Positions 56,267 to 63,976 of a stretch of 64,000 nucleotides of DNA are shown in pieces (position 1 is the first letter of the stretch; each line of letters begins with the position of its first letter). The stretch is from Patescibacteria group bacterium (GTDB lineage: Bacteria > Patescibacteriota > Minisyncoccia > Phycocordibacterales > UBA918): NCBI GenBank assembly GCA_040386275.1, contig JAZKFU010000003.1, positions 46,554 through 110,553 on the forward strand. Reading direction: 5' to 3'. The notes beneath the pieces were generated by a model. It was given only the letters and a program-made list of their open reading frames with translations, ran no database searches and was not told the origin of the DNA. Both the position numbers and the translations under genes were made by a program.

Positions 56267-57808
56267 TTAAATAGAAAAGTCCCGAATAGAATACAGATCA
56301 CTCTCGTCTTTTACCGGAATTGCTGGCGATTGTGATACTACTTCTGCCGGTACAACTGCAGGTGGAATTGGCTCACTAGGTTGCGGAACAGGAGCTGCTG
56401 CCGGAGTAAATGATACTGGCTCAGGATTCGACGGCACTGGATTAGGCATGGCCGGAGCCATAACCGGTGCATTACCCATCAAGGACGCTAGTTGGTCTCT
56501 TAGTGAATTACTTGAAGCAACGGGAGTCGGCGCAGGAATGTGATTATGAGCAACATTCTCCGTGGCTGGGTTAGGTACAGCTGGTGCGATGACCTCTGAT
56601 TGTGGTGACGGTGACCACGTTTCAGATGGTGATTCTACTGCAGTGGTATCGATAACCAGTTCAGAAGTTACGACAGTGAGAGAATGGTCTGGGACAGGAA
56701 GGGTTGGTTCAGGAGTTTCAACTATTTCTGGTACCGAAAGGGGTATAAATGATGAAGCAGGTTCGGACATACCAGATGGCACTTCATTTACCCTCGGCTC
56801 CATCCACTCTGACTTTGGCATATTTGTCGGAGTATAGATAGATTTTTCTGGCACTAATTCTAAACCAGTTCGTTCAGTTAACGTTGCCAAGGCTTCAGCC
56901 TGTGAATCTGCGGGCGTGACCATGACTGCACCGACGCCGGCGACAACGGCCGCACCACTGACAGTAGCTCCTGAAGCAACTTTTTTAGCTTCACGTCGCA
57001 TCCCTTCCAGTATTTCTTCTAGGTCCTCTTGAGTAAAGTAATCAATGGACAACCGTCCGCCAAATTCAGTTTTAGTGATACTAACGCGAGTACCGAGAGT
57101 TTCCGTAAATTTCTTTTCCATCTCGAGCAAATCCGCGTCGTAATCATTCTTCTTCCGCATTTTTTCAGTCGCAATCCCCCGACTAATCCGCTCGACATCT
57201 CGTACCGATAGTTTTTTAAGTAGAGTCTCTCGAAACACTGTATCTTGTTCTTCGGGCCGGTCATTAAGCATCAACAATGCTCGACAATGCCCCTCAGAAA
57301 TATCACCCATCCGCAAAGCGGTCAGCATGTAATCAGGTAGTGCGAGCAACCGGATGGAGTTAGAAACGTACTCGCGACTGCGACCCATTTTTTTCGCTAC
57401 TTGAGAATGTGAGAGCCCGAACACATCCGCGAGCTGACGAAACGCAATGGCTCTATCAACCGCATTAAGATCTTCTCGTTGCAGGTTTTCGATAATCGCG
57501 AGTTCAAGCTTTTCCTGTTCACTTTGTTCCCCTTCACGAATAATCACCGGCACTTGGGCTACTCCGGCCATCTTACTCGCCCGCAGACGTCGCTCTCCGG
57601 CAATCAATTCATACTCACTGCGAAACGAACCATCTTCATTTTGAATTTCTTTTCGTGTGACGGTAAGTGGCTGCAGAATTCCGTACATCCGTACCGATTC
57701 AGCCAGCTCTTTTAATTTATCTTCATCAAATTCCCGCCGTGGTTGAAACGGATTGGGAACAATTTTTTCTACCTCAACCCAGAAAATTGAATCGCCTTGA
57801 AATGCCAT
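56267..57808 (-). CDS. parB: ParB/Spo0J-family partition protein with ~230-aa Pro/Ser/Val-rich low-complexity C-terminal extension
   Basis: ParB-N domain with GERRLRAS box and an HTH region, then a long disordered tail. No adjacent parA. Confidence 0.8.
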   Translation of the reverse strand: MAFQGDSIFWVEVEKIVPNPFQPRREFDEDKLKELAESVRMYGILQPLTVTRKEIQNEDGSFRSEYELIAGERRLRASKMAGVAQVPVIIREGEQSEQEKLELAIIENLQREDLNAVDRAIAFRQLADVFGLSHSQVAKKMGRSREYVSNSIRLLALPDYMLTALRMGDISEGHCRALLMLNDRPEEQDTVFRETLLKKLSVRDVERISRGIATEKMRKKNDYDADLLEMEKKFTETLGTRVSITKTEFGGRLSIDYFTQEDLEEILEGMRREAKKVASGATVSGAAVVAGVGAVMVTPADSQAEALATLTERTGLELVPEKSIYTPTNMPKSEWMEPRVNEVPSGMSEPASSFIPLSVPEIVETPEPTLPVPDHSLTVVTSELVIDTTAVESPSETWSPSPQSEVIAPAVPNPATENVAHNHIPAPTPVASSNSLRDQLASLMGNAPVMAPAMPNPVPSNPEPVSFTPAAAPVPQPSEPIPPAVVPAEVVSQSPAIPVKDESDLYSIRDFSI

Positions 57809-57940
57809 AAATAATAGATATACAGAAAATTACCTGAGCGTATCACCTCCCAAAAACCCTAACGGGTGCTCAACAGCTATTGTATCATACTACCCATTTT
57901 GGGGTGTTTATAAGTTTTTGTAACCCTTTAAATCTTTAAG

Positions 57941-58068
57941 CAAAACAAAATACCCAAGCAAAGCTTAGGTATTTTATTTGTGCTGGAGGAGGGACTTGAA
58001 ACTTACAGTTTCAGTACAGGTTGTCGCTATTTTTTCAAAATAGCTGGCAACCTTTTCAAGTCCCTGGG
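57941..58068. repeat. tRNA-Leu-linked element (copy G): 60-bp direct repeat (spacer hairpin + tRNA 3' end) flanking a 66-bp hairpin core
   Basis: 57941-58000 is identical to 58069-58128, which runs into tRNA-Leu. Core 58001-58066 is acttacag-tttcagtACAGGTTGtc-GCTATTTT-ttc-AAAATAGC-tgg-CAACCTtt-TTCAAGTCCC. Terminator-like palindrome AAAATACCCAAGC-AAA-GCTTAGGTATTTT in each repeat. Confidence 0.8.
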
Positions 58069-58108
58069 CAAAACAAAATACCCAAGCAAAGCTTAGGTAT
58101 TTTATTTG

Positions 58109-58189
58109 TGCTGGAGGAGGGACTTGAACCCTCAAGCCTTGCGGCATGCGATTTTGAGTCGCACGTGTATACCATTCCACCACTCCAGC
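58109..58189 (-). tRNA. tRNA-Leu (anticodon CAA), class II with long variable arm
   Basis: Acceptor GCTGGAG/CTCCAGC + A73, anticodon stem TGCGA/TCGCA with loop CTCAAAA, variable arm GCC-GCAA-GGC, T-arm GAGGG-TTCAAGT-CCCTC. 81 nt. Confidence 0.85.
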
Positions 58190-58326
58190 GGTGTGGAAAG
58201 AGTGTAGCAAACTATTGTCATTTCGACTAGACAGTCAATATAGATTTACAGGGACAGGAGTTCTACCCAAGACTAGTGGTCATTTCTTGTATTTTTTGTA
58301 ATTTTCAGGTACCCTACACCCATCGC

Positions 58327-58989
58327 CAAATGGCCGAGTTCAAGACTTTGGTCTGGACCGACACCCCCTTTCGTCTCAACAGCGGTGTCTACAGCAACGT
58401 CTATTTCTTCGGACGTGAAGACCTGACTGACAATCCAATGTACTCCAAGTTGTTCGGGAAGTTTCTCGGCCGACAGGTCTGCGAATATTTCAACGGCGTT
58501 AGCGAAACGCGTCGACCAATTGTCATCGGAGTGCCAACAGCTGGTAACGGTTTCGCAGCAAGTGTGACCCACTATGACGCAATGCCTCAGCTAAAGGTGA
58601 CCCCGCCTGGCTTCCGTGTCATGCGCGAGAAGCTCAAGGAAACCCACGGCTCCACCAGCCAAAAGGGCTACTGGGTCAATGGCCGATCGAAACCGGAGAC
58701 TGAATGCTACGCCACCATCGAGAATGTCGTCACAAGTGGCGAATCGCACTTCAAAGCAATAGATCGTCTGAACAGTGATGGCTACCCCACGAAAGAAATG
58801 CCTCATTTTGTCGTTATGGATCGTCAACAGGGTGGCGTCAAAAAGATGCAGGCTGCGGGCTACAACATGATCCCAATCTTCTTGCTTCTCGACACAATTT
58901 GGGCATTTAAAACCCTTGGTGTCGAAGGTTGGACCGATGAACGAGTTGCAACCGTCGAAAACGAAATTCGCACGAAGCAAGTTGCATAA
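58327..58989 (+). CDS. Orotate phosphoribosyltransferase-like type I PRTase
   Basis: FRLNSGVYSNVYFFG (cf. PyrE FTLKSGRKSPYFFN), PRPP loop TIENVVTSGES, FVVMDRQQGG. GC ~52%, richer than its neighbours. ORF 58276; start set at MAEFKTL. Confidence 0.6.
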   Translation, partial: QMAEFKTLVWTDTPFRLNSGVYSNVYFFGREDLTDNPMYSKLFGKFLGRQVCEYFNGVSETRRPIVIGVPTAGNGFAASVTHYDAMPQLKVTPPGFRVMREKLKETHGSTSQKGYWVNGRSKPETECYATIENVVTSGESHFKAIDRLNSDGYPTKEMPHFVVMDRQQGGVKKMQAAGYNMIPIFLLLDTIWAFKTLGVEGWTDERVATVENEIRTKQVA

Positions 58990-59065
58990 AAAAGTTTTAA
59001 CGTCGCGCTTTCCTTACGGATTGCGCGGCGTTTTCTTTTACCCATTCATTTGCTACACTCCCCCT

Positions 59066-59977
59066 ATGACTCACTCTCAAAAACCAAAAGCCATAGCCAT
59101 TGTTGGTCCGACGGCATCGGGCAAAACAGCCCTTTCGATTGCCTTAGCTAAAGAATTTAACGGTGAGATTATTTCAGCTGATTCCCGGCAAGTGTACCGC
59201 GGACTTGATATTGGCTCGGCTAAAGTAACTCAAAACGAGATGGACGGAGTGCCCCATCACCTCATCGATATAGTAGCGCCAACTACGGTTTATACTGGTG
59301 CCGATTTTAAAAACGATGGTGAACAGACACTTAATGACATCAAGGAACGTGGCCATCTCCCGATTGTAGCGGGTGGTACATTCTTTTATTTAGAATTACT
59401 TAAAGGCACCATGCAAAGTGCCCCTGTTCCTCCCAACCACACACTTCGAGCAATGCTAGAAGAAAAATCTAACGAAGAATTATTTAGTGAACTACAAACA
59501 AAAGACCCGCGACGGGCTGAAACTATTGACCCTGACAATCCGCGGAGACTTATCCGTGCTCTAGAAGTAATTGATGCAATTGGTGTCGTACCTGAAGTAC
59601 AGACCCTCGAACTTCCCTACAATTGGCTCACAATTGGTATTGATGTTCCAACAGAAATTTTAAACGAACGTATCCATCAGAGAATTATTGACCGGTTGAA
59701 AATAGGTATGATTGAGGAAGTGGAATCGCTCCATAAAAACGGACTATCCTGGGAGCGACTCGAAGCAATTGGTTTAGAGTATCGCTATCTGGCGTACTAT
59801 TTGCAAAACAAACTCTCTAAAGAAGATATGGTCGAACAGCTAACCAATAAATCCCGACAATTCGCCAAACGCCAACGCGTCTGGCTCAAACGCGACCAAA
59901 CCATCCACTGGCTCCCTTTTCCCGCTGATACTAATGATGCAACCGCGCTCGTTAAAGGATTTCTAGCTAAGGATTGA
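59066..59977 (+). CDS. miaA: tRNA dimethylallyltransferase
   Basis: P-loop AIVGPTASGKTALS, ISADSRQVYRGLDIGSAK, DIV motifs. ORF from 58916; start set at MTHSQKP. Confidence 0.85.
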   Translation: MTHSQKPKAIAIVGPTASGKTALSIALAKEFNGEIISADSRQVYRGLDIGSAKVTQNEMDGVPHHLIDIVAPTTVYTGADFKNDGEQTLNDIKERGHLPIVAGGTFFYLELLKGTMQSAPVPPNHTLRAMLEEKSNEELFSELQTKDPRRAETIDPDNPRRLIRALEVIDAIGVVPEVQTLELPYNWLTIGIDVPTEILNERIHQRIIDRLKIGMIEEVESLHKNGLSWERLEAIGLEYRYLAYYLQNKLSKEDMVEQLTNKSRQFAKRQRVWLKRDQTIHWLPFPADTNDATALVKGFLAKD

Positions 59978-60050
59978 GTCACATTATTATCATCAAACAT
60001 AGATTGATTTTAAACCAATTTTCCACTACTATAGAGCAACAGCAAAAAAC

Positions 60051-60121
60051 GGGCCTATAGTTCAGTGGTAGAATACCGGTTTCCAAAACCGTTGACCGAG
60101 GTTCAAGTCCTCGTGGGCCCG
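60051..60121 (+). tRNA. tRNA-Trp (anticodon CCA)
   Basis: Acceptor GGGCCTA/TGGGCCC + G73, D-arm GTTC-AGTGGTA-GAAT, anticodon loop TTCCAAA, T-arm CGAGG-TTCAAGT-CCTCG. Confidence 0.85.
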
Positions 60122-60182
60122 CTGAATAAACGAAGTGAGAGCAGAGGGACCACGATAGCAGCTTTTGAAAAAAGCGTTGCGC

Positions 60183-60278
60183 GGACTTGAAGAGGTTGCC
60201 AGCTATCTTTTTGACGAAGGAGAAAAGTAGTGACAACCTGTACAGAATTCGTAGAATTCAAGTCCTCGTGGGCCCGCC
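60183..60278. repeat. tRNA-Trp-linked hairpin element (copy H)
   Basis: Starts with GGACTTGAA (inverted T-loop). Core AGGTTG-cca-GCTATCTTTT...AAAAGTAGT-ga-CAACCT-gtacag. Ends with ttcaagtcctcgtgggcccgcc, a direct copy of the tRNA-Trp 3' 21 nt. Confidence 0.75.
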
Positions 60279-60288
60279 ACCGAAAACT

Positions 60289-60327
60289 AAAATACCACCA
60301 GCAAAAAAGCTGGTGGTATTTTAGTTT
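60289..60327 (+). terminator. Rho-independent terminator (AAAATACCACCAGC-aaaaaa-GCTGGTGGTATTTT + T-run)
   Basis: Perfect 14-bp palindrome directly after element H, analogous to the hairpins after the Leu and Gln elements. Confidence 0.6.
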
Positions 60328-60494
60328 AGCAAGTGCCCAATGGCACTTGCGGCGGTGGCGGGAGACGGAAGCATGTTGCGTTAGCAACAGCTGAGTCGGG
60401 GTCGCGGAAATTTCTGAAAGAAATATATTTATCTGCCTATACCTCAGTATACATACATTAAAAGTAGCTTAGAAGTCAAACTCACCAAATCATT

Positions 60495-61211
60495 TTACGA
60501 TTTAGTATCAAACAATAACTCTTGAGCCTCCAATAAACAGTTTACATCACCACTAAATAAAAGTTCATCTCCAACAAAAATGTAGTGCATAAATCCTTGT
60601 GAACCGTCAGAAAAAAGAACATTTGCTCGACGTACAGTTATATAGTCTATGTCAGTCATTGTCGTAAAATCTGCCTGTTGAATTATCGTTCCTTTACTAC
60701 TTTCCTTAGGAAAAATAATTGGGGCAACATCTGCTACAAGGCTTTTTTCCCATTCTTTTAAATATTTCATTTGATCTGCATACAAATCACCTTGATAGTT
60801 AAATTGCAATTTAAAACGAAGGGACATAACTACATTTGAGTTTTGTGATGCAGTAGCACACTTGTATAACTTCCAATCATTTACATCAATTAGACTACTG
60901 ATGTTGCTATTTATTTTCCCATTTAAAACTGTCGCAAAAGTTTCAATCGATATATTCCCTTCATTACCCGCAAATGCAGACCAAGTATTTTCTGTTTTAG
61001 TTGCACTTAGAAATTCAGTAAAGTTATTTTTCAAGTCCTGGTTAAATTCATTACTATTGTCATCAATGACCGTTTCGAATGCCACATAGTCGTTTTCAGA
61101 ATCAAGTTGAGTTACGGGAGTTGTAGATCTTTTTTGCATAATCGTTACCACTATTAAAATCAGTAGTACGGTTATTGTGAGGAAAAAAAACAATATAATT
61201 TTTTTATTCAT
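60495..61211 (-). CDS. Hypothetical membrane-anchored protein, AT-rich (~33% GC)
   Basis: ORF 60495..61232 with start at MNKKIILFFF and an N-terminal TM. No domain recognised. Composition differs sharply from its neighbours. Confidence 0.45.
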   Translation of the reverse strand: MNKKIILFFFLTITVLLILIVVTIMQKRSTTPVTQLDSENDYVAFETVIDDNSNEFNQDLKNNFTEFLSATKTENTWSAFAGNEGNISIETFATVLNGKINSNISSLIDVNDWKLYKCATASQNSNVVMSLRFKLQFNYQGDLYADQMKYLKEWEKSLVADVAPIIFPKESSKGTIIQQADFTTMTDIDYITVRRANVLFSDGSQGFMHYIFVGDELLFSGDVNCLLEAQELLFDTKS

Positions 61212-61222
61212 AGTGGATATAA

Positions 61223-62284
61223 TTATCTGCAAAAAGTTGATGCTCGCAATACTCTGTATCGGCTATCACTGTAATAACCACTGCCATTACTAATAATAAT
61301 TCCTCTGTTTGTTCCTGCAGCATGGATAACTTGTGAACAACCATTATTCATACAAATTACCACATGACCTGCGCCATTAGTTCTATGAATCAATGCATCG
61401 CCAGTTTGAAGACTGCTAGGGCTACCGATGGGAGCGGAGTAGCGTATCATATCTCCCGTATAAGTACCGATTCGACGACATCCTGCTGCAGCATATGCAT
61501 CGTTAACAAGCTCAGAACAGTCTGTATAGCCCGGACTACCAGTACAAGAATTTCGAAGAGGCTGACTATATTGGCATCGTCGTTGTCGTTGTGCTTCCGC
61601 AAACCGTACAATAGCACTATTGCCTCCAGTACCAATTGGAGCTACATAATCTCCTCCACCGCCGCCCGCACCACCACCACCTAACTCAGACCCAGGTACA
61701 GCTACCGCGGTTGGATCTGGCTCTTCTGCCTCAAGGTATTCTACTTCATCTTGCTCGACCTCATTAAATACAGTTTCAACTTGGTTCTGGCAAGTTACCT
61801 CACTCCAAAACAAATACCCAGAAGCGGTTCCGCCCGCGACAATTTGCCCAGGATTACCATCTGTTCCAACTAACGCCCGCATGATGGTGTCTACAATAAG
61901 CCAGGCAGCTAAAATAATCATAAAGCCAACAATGGCGTTTATAAATGAGGACTTGGCTTCATCGAGCGCATGATGATTCCCCCCTGACGTTACCAACTTC
62001 ACTCCCGCAATAGCGAGCAAAAGTGCGAAGATAACAAATAGTATCCCAATGAGCCAGGTAATTAATCCATTGGCCATCGACACAACATTACAAGCGCTAC
62101 AATCTAAACCAGTACAACCCGACAACTGCGCTAAACCAAGGTCACCTGCAAACGCAGACGGCACAAAAAACCCAAACAGAAAGACTAGTAAGAATATTAT
62201 GGGAACTATTTTCATATTATAGTTTGGCAGTATCGGGACAGAAACTAAACCGGTAATCAAACCCAGAAGCAACTTCATCAACAT
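61223..62284 (-). CDS. VirB2/TrbC-pilin-like double-TM module fused to a CHAP/NlpC-P60-type peptidoglycan amidase/peptidase domain
   Basis: Signal peptide (MKIVPIIFLLVFLFGFFVPSAFA), Cys-rich loop CTGLDCSAC, two hydrophobic helices around KLVTSGGN...EAKSS, Gly-rich linker. C-terminal DCSELVNDAY (Cys) and GHVVIC (His) resemble a CHAP catalytic pair. Start may be the internal Met. Confidence 0.55.
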   Translation of the reverse strand: MLMKLLLGLITGLVSVPILPNYNMKIVPIIFLLVFLFGFFVPSAFAGDLGLAQLSGCTGLDCSACNVVSMANGLITWLIGILFVIFALLLAIAGVKLVTSGGNHHALDEAKSSFINAIVGFMIILAAWLIVDTIMRALVGTDGNPGQIVAGGTASGYLFWSEVTCQNQVETVFNEVEQDEVEYLEAEEPDPTAVAVPGSELGGGGAGGGGGDYVAPIGTGGNSAIVRFAEAQRQRRCQYSQPLRNSCTGSPGYTDCSELVNDAYAAAGCRRIGTYTGDMIRYSAPIGSPSSLQTGDALIHRTNGAGHVVICMNNGCSQVIHAAGTNRGIIISNGSGYYSDSRYRVLRASTFCR

Positions 62285-62714
62285 ATCCCGGAACCGTAAC
62301 TACATATGATAGTTGGCACATTTCCTCTTCATCTATTTTTAATAAATCTTTTAAATAGACTTCGGCTGCTAGCCTACTTTGAGCAAATGGTTTTTGAAGA
62401 AGCGCTATATTAAAGGTGCCAGTATTTTTATCAAACATGACAACGTAGTTAGGTAGTTTGCTCGGAGTTTCTGCAGAAGGGAAAGTATTGCCCAAGGAAT
62501 ACAAACCAGGGTTTTGAACATCCGGCGCTACGGATTCATCTTTCAAAAAATTATTGGTTACTACATTACCTTCGGTAGACGGAAAGGTGACTTGCGAATC
62601 AGTGTATTCAACAGTAGTTACTGGTGTTGAATTATTTTTTGTATATATAATTCCCCCAATCACTATTACAAGCACAATGATTACCGCCAATATGATATAT
62701 ACGTTTTTATTCAT
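62217..62714 (-). CDS. Hypothetical membrane-anchored protein
   Basis: 165 aa with an N-terminal TM, lying between the two pilin-like paralogs. Confidence 0.4.
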   Translation of the reverse strand: MNKNVYIILAVIIVLVIVIGGIIYTKNNSTPVTTVEYTDSQVTFPSTEGNVVTNNFLKDESVAPDVQNPGLYSLGNTFPSAETPSKLPNYVVMFDKNTGTFNIALLQKPFAQSRLAAEVYLKDLLKIDEEEMCQLSYVVTVPGYVDEVASGFDYRFSFCPDTAKL

Positions 62715-62725
62715 GTTGTTTTATG

Positions 62726-63862
62726 TTAGCCACCATAACGCGTAATACATTGCATCGCTCGTGAATTGCAATTGGCACATGTCCAATCATTATACCCATT
62801 ACGCCTTACTATATTAACTGCTACCCTGGTATTACAACTGGCATTCTGACAACTTGTAGCATGGTCACTACAGGAACCCCCAACGTTATATAAATTCCAG
62901 GTCGTTCGCACAATTTGAAATAGCCCACAAGCACTAGAATTAGAACCAGGATGAGTAACATTATATGGTGGAGTTGCGGGGTTACCCGAGCTCTCGGTCA
63001 TAGCAATACACGACATTACATTTGCCTGTGTAATAGTCATGCCAGCCGCGCGTAACGCAGGGACGCTACAGTAGGTATTAGTACATTGCGGTAAACTACC
63101 CCCTGTCCCACCACCACTGACTTGTCGCGGAGCACACAGTACAGCACTTCCGGCAGCGTTAAGGGTTGGCGTACCAGGCGCAGCGCGACACTGTGCTTCT
63201 TGAGCCGAACAATCATACTCATTTACTCCCGGCGGTCCTGGCAGAAGTCTACAGGCGGCATTATAAGAACCAGCTGGAGCTGAAGAACCTCCTGCAGTAC
63301 TCCCCGCCGGCACCCAACCCTGCACACCACCCAGCCCTTCCTCAAGCGAAAGGTACTCAATAGCATCTTGTGTAACGGTAATCGAGCGAGCCAGTGGCTG
63401 ATCAACACAGCTTATTTGATTCCAGACACCAAAACTATATGTCCCATCTTGAAGCAACAAAGCGCGCAACCCATAGTCGAGCACCAACCACGCCGCTAAC
63501 ACAATTAAGTATCCAATCAACAAATTAGTCATGGAACTTTTCGCTTCTTCTTTCGCACTAGAATTACCCGCTGACGTTACTAATCGTGCCCCCGCCACAA
63601 CGATCAAAATCGCCGCAATCACCCCGAGTATCATCACGAGCCACCCCACAACATTGTTAACCAATACCACCACATGACATGCCTGACACGGCGGTTCACC
63701 TGCTCCGCCACACGCTGGCACCAAACCAGCCGCCCCGACCGACACCGGAACAATAAATATACAAACCATTACCACAAGGGCTACCAGGAGTTTCTGCATT
63801 ACCAATAAGCTTACCACACAACCCCTTTCTAAATACCCGAAACTGTGATAATTTGTACCCAC
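62726..63862 (-). CDS. VirB2/TrbC-pilin-like double-TM module fused to a lytic transglycosylase (SLT) domain
   Basis: N-terminal module paralogous to 61223..62284 (RLVTSAGN...EAKSS...VLAAWLVLD). C-terminal IAMTESSGNP and GLFQI, the ES / GLxQ signatures of family-1 lytic transglycosylases. Cys-rich. Confidence 0.6.
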   Translation of the reverse strand: MGTNYHSFGYLERGCVVSLLVMQKLLVALVVMVCIFIVPVSVGAAGLVPACGGAGEPPCQACHVVVLVNNVVGWLVMILGVIAAILIVVAGARLVTSAGNSSAKEEAKSSMTNLLIGYLIVLAAWLVLDYGLRALLLQDGTYSFGVWNQISCVDQPLARSITVTQDAIEYLSLEEGLGGVQGWVPAGSTAGGSSAPAGSYNAACRLLPGPPGVNEYDCSAQEAQCRAAPGTPTLNAAGSAVLCAPRQVSGGGTGGSLPQCTNTYCSVPALRAAGMTITQANVMSCIAMTESSGNPATPPYNVTHPGSNSSACGLFQIVRTTWNLYNVGGSCSDHATSCQNASCNTRVAVNIVRRNGYNDWTCANCNSRAMQCITRYGG

Positions 63863-63893
63863 GCGATTTTGACCAAAATCGCTCTAAATAACC

Positions 63894-63976
63894 GCGTCGG
63901 TACTCAAGCGGTCAACGAGGGGAGACTGTAAATCTCCTGGCATCTGCCTACGAAGGTTCGAATCCCTCCCGGCGCA
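63894..63976 (+). tRNA. tRNA-Tyr (anticodon GTA), class II
   Basis: Acceptor GCGTCGG/CCGGCGC + A73, D-loop AAGCGGTCAAC, anticodon stem GGAGA/TCTCC with loop CTGTAAA (as in E. coli tRNA-Tyr), variable arm GGCATCTGCC, T-arm GAAGG-TTCGAAT-CCCTC (one mismatch). Confidence 0.75.

Noticed and set aside
57941-58128. Possible CRISPR array (identical 60-bp direct repeats 128 bp apart)
   Set aside because: Only two repeat units. The repeat contains a tRNA 3' end and a terminator hairpin, and the 'spacer' is a conserved hairpin element present at other tRNAs. No cas genes in the window.
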